Source: an uncultured bacterium
Lineage (GTDB): Bacteria > JAJVIF01 > JAPKYR01
NCBI GenBank assembly: GCA_965369865.1
Contig: CBDURU010000010.1
Coordinates: forward strand, 1-56,064
Direction of reading: 5' to 3'
DNA length: 56,064 nucleotides
The notes under the pieces are model-generated. The model saw nothing but the letters and a program-made list of their open reading frames with translations. It was not told the origin of the DNA and did no database searches. Positions 1 to 9,215 of this stretch are shown here, one piece after another; the first letter of the stretch is position 1, and every line of letters begins with the position of its first letter. The translations under genes and the position numbers were made by a program.

Positions 1-165
1 GACGCCTTTCCATGCTTCCAGCGTTGAAGGTATCCCGTGTAACTAAGAATTCATGTAGATTCAGGGACGCCTTTCCATGCTTCCAGCGTTGAAGGTGTCC
101 CGTGTAACTAAGAATTCATGGGGACGCCTTTCCATGCTTCCAGCGTTGAAGGTGTCCCCATGAAA
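1..165. repeat. Three tandem copies of a ~38-bp REP-like hairpin (family A, GGGACGCCTTTCCATGCTTCCAGCGTTGAAGGTGTCCC)
   Basis: Copies at 1-36 (cut by window edge), 64-101 and 121-158. Terminal inverted arms GGGACRCCTT/AAGGTGTCCC. Both linkers begin GTGTAACTAAGAATTCATG. Confidence 0.9.
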
Positions 166-212
166 TCAAAGCGTCTTATTTTCAAATTCATGTATGTAAG
201 CGCGATCGATGC

Positions 213-241
213 TTGACGGGGAGCGAATCGAAAAGTACACT
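213..241 (+). promoter_or_regulatory. Candidate sigma70 promoter of purA
   Basis: TTGACG-17 bp-TACACT, 50 bp upstream of the ATG. Confidence 0.6.
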
Positions 242-291
242 GCTTCTTCTGTGTGGCCAGTCGTTGATTATTTAGGGAAGGAGATCGATCC

Positions 292-1581
292 ATGCCCGCC
301 AATGTTGTTGTAGGAACCCAGTGGGGTGATGAAGGAAAGGGGAAGGTTGTCGATTTTCTTGCCCGCGACGCCGATATCGTCATACGTAGCCAGGGTGGCA
401 ATAACGCAGGCCACACGGTCGTAATCGATGAGGAAATCTTTAAACTCTATCATCTCCCGTGCGGAGTTTTACACCAGGAAAAAACAAGCGTAATCGGCAG
501 CGGTATGGCGATCAATCCTGTCCGGTTGTTCGATGAGATCGAAGGTTTAAAGGCAAGGGGTATCGACTGCAGGAACCTTGTGATCAGCCATCTCGCTAGC
601 CTGATTATGCCCTACCATATTCTCCTCGACGAACTCGAGGAGATACGCCGCAACGCTAAAGACAGTCGCGGGAAAATTGATACAACGAAGAGGGGTATCG
701 GGCCGACCTTCGCCGACAAAATGGCCCGCACCGGGCTGAAAATCAGCGACCTTTATAATCCCGAACACTTTCTTGAACGGGTCCGGTTCGCCTGCGAGGA
801 AAAAAACGCTGTTATTACTAACCTCTATGGCCATGAACCGGTCGATCCTGTCGCGATTGTAAACGAATACCTCGAATTTGGCCAAAAACTCGCGCCTTTC
901 ATCGGGGACGCCATGAAAATTGTGATCTCCGGCCTTGAAAATAAAAAACGCCTTCTTTTCGAAGGTGCACAGGGTACGCTTCTTGATATCGACTATGGCC
1001 TTTCTTATCCCTTCCTTACAAGTTCCCATCCCGTGTCCGCCGGAATGTGTCTTGGAACCGGACTCGCGCCGAATAAGATCGACCGTATCTATGGAGTTGT
1101 GAAAGCATATATTTCGAGGGTGGGACATGGAGTATTCCCAACCGAATTGAAGGGCGAGATGGGTGAGCTGATACGGGACCGCGGAAATGAATACGGCACC
1201 GCTACCGGACGTCCGCGGCGTGTCGGATGGCTCGACCTCGTCCTCCTGAAATACGCCGTCGATATCAACGGCCTTACCGATCTGGTCCTCACCAAAGTCG
1301 ATATTATGGACGAGCTGCCGGAAATCAACATCTGTACCGGTTACATACTTGACGGCGAAACGATTACACACCTCCCATCCGACCCGGATCAGCTCGACAA
1401 GCTCGAACCCATCTACAAAACCTTCCCCGGATGGCTGATAAATACCGACGAACTCGCAACCGGGGATATCCTCCCAGATCCCCTCCAGAAGTACATGAAT
1501 TTTATTTCCAGGTATGTGGATGTCCCTATCACACTCCTCGGTGTAGGAACAAGACGCCGCCAGATGATCGAACTCGGCTAG
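292..1581 (+). CDS. purA: Adenylosuccinate synthetase
   Basis: QWGDEGKGK, GGNNAGHT, FEGAQG and EYGTATGRPRRVGW motifs; 429 aa; AGGAG RBS. Confidence 0.98.
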   Translation: MPANVVVGTQWGDEGKGKVVDFLARDADIVIRSQGGNNAGHTVVIDEEIFKLYHLPCGVLHQEKTSVIGSGMAINPVRLFDEIEGLKARGIDCRNLVISHLASLIMPYHILLDELEEIRRNAKDSRGKIDTTKRGIGPTFADKMARTGLKISDLYNPEHFLERVRFACEEKNAVITNLYGHEPVDPVAIVNEYLEFGQKLAPFIGDAMKIVISGLENKKRLLFEGAQGTLLDIDYGLSYPFLTSSHPVSAGMCLGTGLAPNKIDRIYGVVKAYISRVGHGVFPTELKGEMGELIRDRGNEYGTATGRPRRVGWLDLVLLKYAVDINGLTDLVLTKVDIMDELPEINICTGYILDGETITHLPSDPDQLDKLEPIYKTFPGWLINTDELATGDILPDPLQKYMNFISRYVDVPITLLGVGTRRRQMIELG

Positions 1582-1643
1582 TAACATGTGCATTCTGCGC
1601 ATGATTTCCTGTCACATGTGCTTCCAGCGCATGTGAAAAGGTC

Positions 1644-1685
1644 GATCTTTTTCGCACTCTCATGTATCATGCTAACCATAAGTAA
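1644..1685 (+). repeat. 42-bp direct repeat, copy 1 (copy 2 at 2867-2908)
   Basis: GATCTTTTTCGCACTCTCATGTATCATGCTAACCATAAGTAA; 3 mismatches to copy 2. Confidence 0.9.
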
Positions 1686-1731
1686 GGGACTTATATATTT
1701 GATACTACCAACAGGAAAGGAGACTAAAACC

Positions 1732-2796
1732 ATGAGTAAAGTTACAGCAGTATCGGTTATCGCATTAATCCTTGCCTTCGCATTTCTAGGTAGTTCTTGT
1801 GAGCGTAGCAATGTAAGGGAGTTTAATTGGGATTTACCAGAAACAAGCACAGAGGCAGAGTTGGCTAGAGAAACAATAGCCAAAAAGGCAGAACTAGTGG
1901 CAAGCCTAAACGACTGGGTAAGTACCTACAATGCAGAAGACATCACATACTTTAACGTAGAGTATATAGCTGCCCAGTTTAGGGATGCTGTAGGATTCGA
2001 CTATAACCACGAAGATGCAGCACGACGGTACATGCTGTCTCAGGATGATGCATCGCAGGTTATAGCAACCTGTGTTGAGTTAAGGACATCCCTATTGCAA
2101 GAAACCGGTGGACAAGCTGCCTCGGACTTGGTGGATATTCTTAATTCCGCATATTCAGATGGTCTGCCTTTCCTCAAAATCGAGAATGTCGTGACAGAAT
2201 CAGAGCATTACCCACAAGTAGATAGCTCCAGGATAGCCTACACTAAGATCCAAGCAGTATACGGTTACATCTGCTCCACCTTATCCCAACAAGCTGACAG
2301 ACTCAGGGCACAAGAATTGCGGGAAGCAAGACTCCGTCCGCTTCGTAGAAGATTCAGAGAGAACTATCGGGAAGGTGTTCACACAACGTTTTATAACCAT
2401 GTTAATAACCCTCGGTATGTGAACTCAAGAAGCTGGAACATAAAACCCTCCATTGGACTCCGAGATAATGGACAGTCTTGGATGTGTTTAACACTTGGTT
2501 TTCACAGGAGTGACTGGATTTTCATTGATGACAACGGCATCACAGTTGTTATCGATGGGCGAGACCATCAAGTAAACTTTAGTATGTATCGTGATGGGGA
2601 TACTGATGTCGGGGGTGGAATATCAGAGTGGGTAACCCTGTGTGACAGAGAATCGCTTATTAGGTCTATAGCAAGTGCTACCAGGGTAATTGTTGTATTT
2701 CGTGGCAAGGAAGGTAATAGAAGGATCGAGCACACCCTAACCTCTTCGGAAATGACGGCATTTCGAGAAACGGTGGAATTTTACGACTTGCTATAG
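1732..2796 (+). CDS. Hypothetical lipoprotein
   Basis: ATG after AGGAAAGGAG RBS; signal peptide ending in lipobox-like FLGSSC; lies between the two 42-bp repeats. Confidence 0.75.
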   Translation: MSKVTAVSVIALILAFAFLGSSCERSNVREFNWDLPETSTEAELARETIAKKAELVASLNDWVSTYNAEDITYFNVEYIAAQFRDAVGFDYNHEDAARRYMLSQDDASQVIATCVELRTSLLQETGGQAASDLVDILNSAYSDGLPFLKIENVVTESEHYPQVDSSRIAYTKIQAVYGYICSTLSQQADRLRAQELREARLRPLRRRFRENYREGVHTTFYNHVNNPRYVNSRSWNIKPSIGLRDNGQSWMCLTLGFHRSDWIFIDDNGITVVIDGRDHQVNFSMYRDGDTDVGGGISEWVTLCDRESLIRSIASATRVIVVFRGKEGNRRIEHTLTSSEMTAFRETVEFYDLL

Positions 2797-2866
2797 CGCA
2801 ATAGGGAGCGAACGAGATGAAACACACAGTAACGATTGGTGACGTAGCTTACGCCGTGGCAGTCGT

Positions 2867-2908
2867 GATCTTTTTCGCACTCTCATGTATCATACTAACT
2901 ATAAATAA
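2867..2908 (+). repeat. 42-bp direct repeat, copy 2
   Basis: GATCTTTTTCGCACTCTCATGTATCATACTAACTATAAATAA. Confidence 0.9.
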
Positions 2909-2931
2909 ATACCCTTTGGAGTGATCTGCCG

Positions 2932-3546
2932 ATGAGGTTTCATCACCTTTTACTTTTCGTCTTACTGGCAACTGCAGTCTGGTCCCTGACAGCATATGCC
3001 CAGGATTCATCTGAAGAGGAAACTCTCGAACTCCTCCCGCCAACTTACGTATGCGAGGATTTAGGATTCGGGGTCGCGCTTCCGGACGGTTTTATCGCGT
3101 ATGAAACCGAAGATGAGGATGGCCGGTACTACTTGAATATTATCGGTGAGTACGATCAGGCGACTTCAATAATCTCCGCGGAAGAACTTCCTGATGATAT
3201 CATTGATTTAGCGGGTTTCTGGCAGCTCATGAAGGATCGCGATCCATTAATGGCCAGGAATATCACCTATGAAAAAGTCGACTCGATTGCCGATTCCGGT
3301 GCTGTTCTGTCCAGGGTTGAGATGATTGAAGGCAATGAATATATCCTCGCGATCACCTGGGTATTCGTCCATGATGGCTTTGGCTTTACATTGTCCGGTT
3401 ACCCTCCGCAGGATGGCGACAATAATCTCGCCCGTGACCTGGCATTGGATATTCGTAACCAGTTCAGATGGATGACGCCTGAAGAGATAGCCGAATGCGA
3501 TTTCGATCCGGATGAAATCCAGCTACCGGTAGGAAGGGAGTTCTAA
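2932..3546 (+). CDS. Hypothetical secreted acidic protein (possibly PsbP/Mog1-like fold)
   Basis: Signal peptide ending AYA-Q; GGAG RBS. Fold guess is weak inference from the LGFGVALPDG motif. Confidence 0.7.
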   Translation: MRFHHLLLFVLLATAVWSLTAYAQDSSEEETLELLPPTYVCEDLGFGVALPDGFIAYETEDEDGRYYLNIIGEYDQATSIISAEELPDDIIDLAGFWQLMKDRDPLMARNITYEKVDSIADSGAVLSRVEMIEGNEYILAITWVFVHDGFGFTLSGYPPQDGDNNLARDLALDIRNQFRWMTPEEIAECDFDPDEIQLPVGREF

Positions 3547-3657
3547 TTCCTTAACATTCGGTGTATGTAACAATTTCCCTTGGTCAATGGAAATTAATAG
3601 GTAGCATTACCATTATTAATAAGGTCCTAAAATACTGTTATTCTTAATATTTGAAGC

Positions 3658-5352
3658 ATGTCAGATCGGGAACCTGAAAACCTGGAACTCTCTCAAGCTG
3701 AATCTCTCGGTGAAGATGGCAATGTGGAAATTGTCAGGCTGGGTAAACGCCGATCCGGTTCGGCTTTATTGTATACAAGTCCCCTTGTACTTATCGTAAT
3801 GGCTGTTGTTGCTGCTGCGGCTTGGTTGTCATCCGCCGGGATCGATATGGTCTGGGCTTTGGGTACGAGCGGATGGGTGGCACCACCGGGAGCCGTGCTT
3901 CTCGGACATGATATAGGCGGGAAATCATTCGATGAAATTAACGATACGATCGAGCGGATCTCCGATGACTTCTCAATCAGCTCTGTCTGGCTTGTGGAAT
4001 CGTCCTTCATGGAATCCGTCGTCCGGAGTGAATTTACCCTTTCGGTATTCACGGATGAAATTGTCCTGTCGGTTAAACCCGCTGAATTCGGCCTGCTTCT
4101 CGACACAAACGCGATGCGAAGGGAAATCGCGTCTCTCAACGAAACCGCCGAAGATCCCTGGAAATTCATCGACCGTATTAAACTTTGGCAGGAACCCCCT
4201 TCGATTGATGCCCGGGTTTCGATCGATGAGAATTTAGTCCTTGATTTTCTCGAAAGTGTAAAATCGACCGTCGACTGCGAACCGGTCGATGCCCGGTTAA
4301 TCCTTGAAGAACATTTGATAAGTCCGGCGCACGATGGGATTTATCTCGACATCGAAGCATCCATTCAAAATATCCCGACTAACCTTTTGGAGATCGCTGA
4401 AATTCCCGTTACACTTGTCGTTAACCGCGTTAGCCCGGATATTACTACCGATACTTTCTCGGATATCGATATCGCCAACCCGCTCGCGACTTACACAACC
4501 AGGTTTGCGACCTGGAAACGCAACCGGTCCAGGAACATCGCCATGGCCGCTGAGCATTTCAACGGGGTTGTAATTCAGCCGGGTGAGGTTTTAAGCTTCG
4601 ATGCCATTACCGGCCCAAGAACATATGCCGAGGGTTATCTGGCAGCCCCGATGTACGTCCGTGGACGCGTTGAAATGGAACCTGCCGGAGGCGCGTGCCA
4701 GGTATCGACTACGCTTTTTAATTCCGCGTTACTTGCGGGATTGGAAATAGTGACAAGGTATCCTCATTCACGCCCTTGTTCATATGTCCCGTACGGACGC
4801 GATGCCACGGTCGCTTATGATAGCGTGGTTGATCTCGAGTTCCGCAACACTCTGGCTCATCCCATCATTCTTCACTCAATTGTTGATTATACAGATGCCG
4901 GTACTATCACTTTCGAAATTTTTGGCCATCCTGACGATCGTGTGAATATTGAAATCACCAACGCTTATAGCTGGCTGGGACGTATCGAACCGACATATGT
5001 AATCGATGAAACCCTCGAGCCTGGCGAAGAAGTGGTGGATGACGCCGGCACTAACGGGATCTACCAGCGTGCCTGGCGCACCTGGTACGACGATGAGGGA
5101 AATGAAATTCGTACTGAACAAATCTCGAATGACCGCATACGTTCAATCAGCGCTTTGATACGCCACAATGGAATCGGTGTTGAGGGCAACCTCGACGAAT
5201 GGCTGGATTCCGGGAGCGATCGACATCCTGTCAATAAACCGCCACCATCATCGGGTTCACCTCCCGATGATGATTCCGAATCCCCATCCGAAGATGATCC
5301 TGAATCTCCTTCTGAACCGGACCCATCCGAACCCCCACCCGGACTTTTCTGA
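3658..5352 (+). CDS. VanW-family cell-envelope protein with G5-like domain and Pro/Asp/Ser-rich tail
   Basis: N-terminal TM; RSRNIAMAA, PGEVLSF, GGACQVSTTLFN, YVPYGRDATV and DLEFRN VanW motifs; DETLEPGEEVV G5-like segment. Confidence 0.9.
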   Translation: MSDREPENLELSQAESLGEDGNVEIVRLGKRRSGSALLYTSPLVLIVMAVVAAAAWLSSAGIDMVWALGTSGWVAPPGAVLLGHDIGGKSFDEINDTIERISDDFSISSVWLVESSFMESVVRSEFTLSVFTDEIVLSVKPAEFGLLLDTNAMRREIASLNETAEDPWKFIDRIKLWQEPPSIDARVSIDENLVLDFLESVKSTVDCEPVDARLILEEHLISPAHDGIYLDIEASIQNIPTNLLEIAEIPVTLVVNRVSPDITTDTFSDIDIANPLATYTTRFATWKRNRSRNIAMAAEHFNGVVIQPGEVLSFDAITGPRTYAEGYLAAPMYVRGRVEMEPAGGACQVSTTLFNSALLAGLEIVTRYPHSRPCSYVPYGRDATVAYDSVVDLEFRNTLAHPIILHSIVDYTDAGTITFEIFGHPDDRVNIEITNAYSWLGRIEPTYVIDETLEPGEEVVDDAGTNGIYQRAWRTWYDDEGNEIRTEQISNDRIRSISALIRHNGIGVEGNLDEWLDSGSDRHPVNKPPPSSGSPPDDDSESPSEDDPESPSEPDPSEPPPGLF

Positions 5353-5357
5353 TTTCC

Positions 5358-5448
5358 CACATATCAGTATCGCATATCAGTATCACATATCAGTACCACA
5401 TATCAGTATCGCATATCAGTACCACATATCAGTATCACATATCAGTAC
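5358..5448 (+). repeat. Tandem repeat, 7 x 13 bp (CRCATATCAGTAY)
   Basis: Read directly; the last unit runs into a family-E hairpin. Confidence 0.95.
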
Positions 5449-5474
5449 CGCGAACGTCAGTGAGCGGCCTGCCA
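5443..5474 (+). repeat. REP-like hairpin family E (CAGWRCCGCGAMCGYSAGTGAGCGGCCTGCCA); other copies 6780-6811 and 37442-37473
   Basis: Three near-identical intergenic copies with a CCGC...GCGG stem. Confidence 0.85.
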
Positions 5475-5504
5475 TGTCCACTTCTCCCCTTGAGTCTGAT
5501 TTCC

Positions 5505-5663
5505 GTACAGGGGACTGGCTTTGTACAGGGGACTGGTTTTGTACAGGAGACTGGCTTTGTACAGGGGACTGGCTTTGTACAGGGGACTGGCTCACAAATT
5601 TGCCGCTAATACATAAGTCCCAATTTCTTCTAATCTACCCGGCAAATTTTTGTGCCTGTCCCC
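5505..5663 (+). repeat. 5 x 18-bp tandem repeat (GTACAGGGGACTGGCTTT) whose last unit opens a long hairpin GGGGACTGGCTCACAAATTTGCCG...CGGCAAATTTTTGTGCCTGTCCCC
   Basis: Units at 5505-5592; hairpin at 5582-5663. Confidence 0.9.
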
Positions 5664-5677
5664 GGTCTCCCATCCCA

Positions 5678-6085
5678 CTATGCCCTGTCAAAATACTGTT
5701 TCAACCTTAGCAATATCCTCGGAGCGAATTGACGGATACTTATGCTGCTCGCCGGCCCGCCACCATGGCCTTCTACATTTACCTCGATCTTCGTCTTGTT
5801 TCCTTCGCTCATTACCCGGAATTCAGCCGCCAGTTCACCCGCCATGGTCTGCAACCGCGTCACCAGGCCGGATTTTGGCCTTGTATGGTGGATAACAACA
5901 ATACACGAATGCGTCGACTGACCGACAGTTACCGTCCCATGGGCTTCGGTCTCATCATCGGCCATTTCATTCAGGCCCGGGACATGGAGAGTGTCCCAGA
6001 ACGTAAGCTGGGTTTTAAAATGAGACAGGACTTCATAAACTTCATCCGGCTCACGATCGATTATTACCGTCGCCTGTGAAAACAT
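5678..6085 (-). CDS. SRPBCC (START-like) family protein
   Basis: TVIIDREPDEVYEVL N-terminus and LLRLKQYF C-terminal helix typical of SRPBCC; 135 aa. Confidence 0.7.
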   Translation of the reverse strand: MFSQATVIIDREPDEVYEVLSHFKTQLTFWDTLHVPGLNEMADDETEAHGTVTVGQSTHSCIVVIHHTRPKSGLVTRLQTMAGELAAEFRVMSEGNKTKIEVNVEGHGGGPASSISIRQFAPRILLRLKQYFDRA

Positions 6086-6129
6086 CGCCTGTTGCGTCTC
6101 GCATTTTTTTTGTTGTTATTTTTTTTATT

Positions 6130-6153
6130 GTAGGGGCGCTGCTTGCCGCGCCC
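6130..6153 (+). repeat. GTAG-type REP (GTAGGGGCGCTGCTTGCCGCGCCC); identical copy at 28835-28858
   Basis: GTAG foot plus GC hairpin; both copies follow a T-rich tract ending TATT. Confidence 0.85.
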
Positions 6154-6163
6154 CGGTTAATTA

Positions 6164-6676
6164 CTAATATTCAATCAATGAATAAATATGCACACCTTGC
6201 AGCTTATCCTTCCCGTTCAGGAATCCAAGCTCGACCACGAACCCGAATCCTGCCACTTCGGCTCCGGCTTTCTCCACAAGATTCTTCGCGGCCGCGGCCG
6301 TACCACCGGTGGCGAGTAAATCGTCAATAATAAGGATTTTATCATCTGGACCGGCAGCGTCGATATGCATCTCCACACAGTCGGTTCCATATTCCAGTGC
6401 GTATTCCTCTTTAAACGTGTCATATGGCAGCTTGCCCGGCTTTCTTATCGGGATAAATCCAACCCCGAACTTCCCCGCCACCGGGCATCCGAAAATGAAC
6501 CCTCTCGATTCGATCCCCGCGACACCCGTTATTCCCTGGTCGGCAAAATGTTCATAGAGCAGATCAATTGCATGAGTCAATGCGTCGTGATCTTTCAGGA
6601 GCGGCGTGATGTCCTTGAAAACGATCCCTTCTTTCGGAAAATCGGGTATGTCTCGAATATATTTAGTCAGGTCCAC
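6164..6676 (-). CDS. apt: Adenine phosphoribosyltransferase
   Basis: IPDFPKEGIVFKDITPLL, ESRGF, RKPGKLP, YALEYG, IIDDLLATGGT. Confidence 0.98.
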   Translation of the reverse strand: MDLTKYIRDIPDFPKEGIVFKDITPLLKDHDALTHAIDLLYEHFADQGITGVAGIESRGFIFGCPVAGKFGVGFIPIRKPGKLPYDTFKEEYALEYGTDCVEMHIDAAGPDDKILIIDDLLATGGTAAAAKNLVEKAGAEVAGFGFVVELGFLNGKDKLQGVHIYSLIEY

Positions 6677-6779
6677 AGTTTAAGCACCTTGCCTTAATTA
6701 ATTATTGGATAATGGAAGCTGAATAGTAGAACAAGATCGTTTCCCGGGTCAAGTTGCTATCCACTCGAATAACCCGTAT

Positions 6780-6993
6780 CAGAGCCGCGAACGCGAGTGA
6801 GCGGCCTGCCAACTACACTCTATTATTCAGTCCGGGTGCCGTTCTCAAGCGACCCCCAACACGGCCCACTCCGAGTTTGTCATGCGGAGCTTGTGGACGA
6901 ATGATAATCCCACCGGGTGCCGCCCATACGCGACTGAGGCCAGCCTGCCCTGAGCTTGTCGAAGGGAGCTTGTCGAAGGGAGCTTATGGGTGA
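6780..6993. repeat. Cluster of REP-like hairpins (family E, GGGTGCCG-type, CCCTGAGCTTGTCGAAGGG-type)
   Basis: Duplicated GAGCTTGTCGAAGG. GGTGCCG...GCTTGT-type elements resemble those near 11025 and 20190. Confidence 0.65.
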
Positions 6994-7229
6994 TTGATAT
7001 CCACTCGCCCGATTCCATTATCCCCGACCCGCCCGACCGATGGTATAATTAAAACAAAGGGATCGGAATATGATTGATCATCGTACGGGGATTGACGAAA
7101 TCATTTTATGGAAACCAGCCAGCGGAGGTTCCTTGCTTCACCTAGATACACGCCATCGCTCAGCCTTTAGACGCCACCCGTGGTTAGGTTTTTAGATTTA
7201 TTAATATAATAGAATTGGAGGGTTATGAA

Positions 7230-8021
7230 ATGTTAAAATTACTATGGAGATTAGTACTTTTGATTACATTACTGTCTACTTCTTGCTTTATATTTATTTC
7301 TTGTGACAGGGCTATACTCAATGATAATAATACTAATATAAATACATACCCATTGCAGGCTTCCAGTGATAATCTTTATAATCAATTCAGGAATGCCATA
7401 CTTGATAGTTACAAGCTTGAATTGTATGAACGTAATCAAGATAATTATACTTGTATTAATCATGATGAAATTGGCTTATTGAATATTTCAAATGATTCAT
7501 TAATGATATCATCAAGCTATTATTTTGGTAATGAATCATTAACGATTGTATGGCCAGATCAAAATTACGTAACAACAAACCGTTTGGTTTGTGATGAACG
7601 GGAAAAATCCGAATTTTGGGAAACATCAATGAGATCTTTATATGAAGATGATTATTTAATCAAAAATACATATTTATCAGATAATTTATCATTTTCAGAA
7701 TGGCTTCCTGTAAGATTGGTATTTATAACTTATGGAACTTATATCGCCTATATTCGACAGGGTATTAATGAGCGGCATTGGACAGATAATGTTGATTTGG
7801 AGTTTATTTTAAATAACATGGAAGAAATGTGGTGCGTCACAATTAAACAATTAGAAGACTATGACTTAGAAATTACATATGAATATGACGCACTTAATAA
7901 CAATCTTAACTGTAAGTATTATTATGAAGAAGTATTAATATATGAGACAAGCAATTATTTAATGAATAGAAATCTTGAGCTCAATGGAGAAGATAAAATA
8001 GAAGGCACAATAATATATTAG
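7230..8021 (+). CDS. Hypothetical AT-rich exported protein or lipoprotein
   Basis: GGAGG RBS; hydrophobic leader with FISC lipobox candidate; much more AT-rich than neighbours. Confidence 0.7.
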   Translation: MLKLLWRLVLLITLLSTSCFIFISCDRAILNDNNTNINTYPLQASSDNLYNQFRNAILDSYKLELYERNQDNYTCINHDEIGLLNISNDSLMISSSYYFGNESLTIVWPDQNYVTTNRLVCDEREKSEFWETSMRSLYEDDYLIKNTYLSDNLSFSEWLPVRLVFITYGTYIAYIRQGINERHWTDNVDLEFILNNMEEMWCVTIKQLEDYDLEITYEYDALNNNLNCKYYYEEVLIYETSNYLMNRNLELNGEDKIEGTIIY

Positions 8022-8100
8022 AGTACGTGACGTGTGGCGCCCACAGACTGAGCGAAGGCGTGTCTGTGGGTGATATGATCAGCCGGCCCCCCCCCAATCA

Positions 8101-9117
8101 CTAATCCCCGACAATTTCCGACGGCTGTCGTCCCTCTCCAAATTCCACAAGCATCCTCGTCACCTCATCCGGATCATCCTCCCTAACCACCCGGCTCCTG
8201 AACACCGACGCCAGCGCGAATCCACGGATATATTTCGCTACATGACGCCTGAATTCCCATATCCCACGCTTGTCATCCCCGTAATGATCCAGTAAATTTT
8301 TCTGATGAATAAGTAAAACATCCACCACGTCCTGCCTTGTACGGTCCGGACGCGGTGTCCCATCTTTTAAAAAGTTTTCCATATCACCGATTAACCACGG
8401 GTCGCCCATAATCGCCCGCCCGACCATCACTCCCGCGCACCCGGTTTCATCAAACATCCTTTTAGCATCCTCCGGTTTGGAAATATCACCATTTCCGATT
8501 ACCGGTATCGGAAGCTCTTCGACAAGCCTTTGAATAGCTTCCAGATCGGCTTGCCCCTCGAATTTCTGCTTTGCCGTACGCGCGTGCAGCGTGACCCACA
8601 AACACCCCAGATCGGCAGCGCGTCTGCATGCTTCCATCCCCGACTTATCATCCTGTGTGAATCCAATCCGGGTTTTGAGCGAAACCGGAATTTTTACGGC
8701 ACCCAGAATCGCTTTCAGATTTTCCACAAGCAGGTCCGGGTCTTTTAAGAGTGCGCTCCCCCCGCCCCCCTTATGCACTTTTCTCACACTGCAACCGCAG
8801 TTGAAATCGATCGTTTCCGCCCCGCTATCCTCCAGGATTTTCGCGGCGACCCCGTTTATTTCCGGATCGGCACCGAAAATCTGAACATGCCCTTTTTCCT
8901 TAACGACTTCCCTGACATAAGCGTCCTTGTTCGGCGATCTCCTGCTGACGACCGCATGCGATGACACAAACGGGATCCAGACATGCCGCGTCCCGTGCAT
9001 TTTCAAAACCGGACGGTAGGGCGCGTCGGTCCATCCCGCTAATGGCGCCGCGCAGACCGGTTTATCATCCGGATCGACCAGCCGCCCATAAAGATTATCA
9101 GACATCTCAATTGCCAT
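8101..9117 (-). CDS. dusB: tRNA-dihydrouridine synthase (DusB-like)
   Basis: APLAG, QIFG, DFNCGC, GGGSALL, LHART, GNGDI, GVMVGR. Confidence 0.9.
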   Translation of the reverse strand: MAIEMSDNLYGRLVDPDDKPVCAAPLAGWTDAPYRPVLKMHGTRHVWIPFVSSHAVVSRRSPNKDAYVREVVKEKGHVQIFGADPEINGVAAKILEDSGAETIDFNCGCSVRKVHKGGGGSALLKDPDLLVENLKAILGAVKIPVSLKTRIGFTQDDKSGMEACRRAADLGCLWVTLHARTAKQKFEGQADLEAIQRLVEELPIPVIGNGDISKPEDAKRMFDETGCAGVMVGRAIMGDPWLIGDMENFLKDGTPRPDRTRQDVVDVLLIHQKNLLDHYGDDKRGIWEFRRHVAKYIRGFALASVFRSRVVREDDPDEVTRMLVEFGEGRQPSEIVGD

Positions 9118-9215
9118 TCTTTCAGCTCATCAGGATTATACCGAAAACAGCCTGCTCGTGACGGATACATTCAGCCCAATTTTTTTTATGTTAAAATCAC
9201 CCATAACCTGAAATC

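Noticed and set aside
1..165. CRISPR array (38-bp palindromic repeats with spacers)
   Set aside because: Spacers are short (19-27 bp) and nearly identical, the repeat is dispersed in both orientations, and no cas genes are in the window. Sequence upstream of base 1 cannot be seen.
547..1602. Long antisense ORFs (also 51739-52491, 46202-46936, 49594-50349)
   Set aside because: Shadows of well-supported genes on the other strand, with no recognisable motifs
5168..5710. 180-aa ORF with repeated HISIAYQY/TGDWLC peptides
   Set aside because: Translation of the 13- and 18-bp DNA repeats; overlaps the VanW gene
7215..8075. Integron cassette (attC) around the AT-rich gene
   Set aside because: No RYYYAAC...GTTRRRY-bounded attC recognised and no integrase in the window
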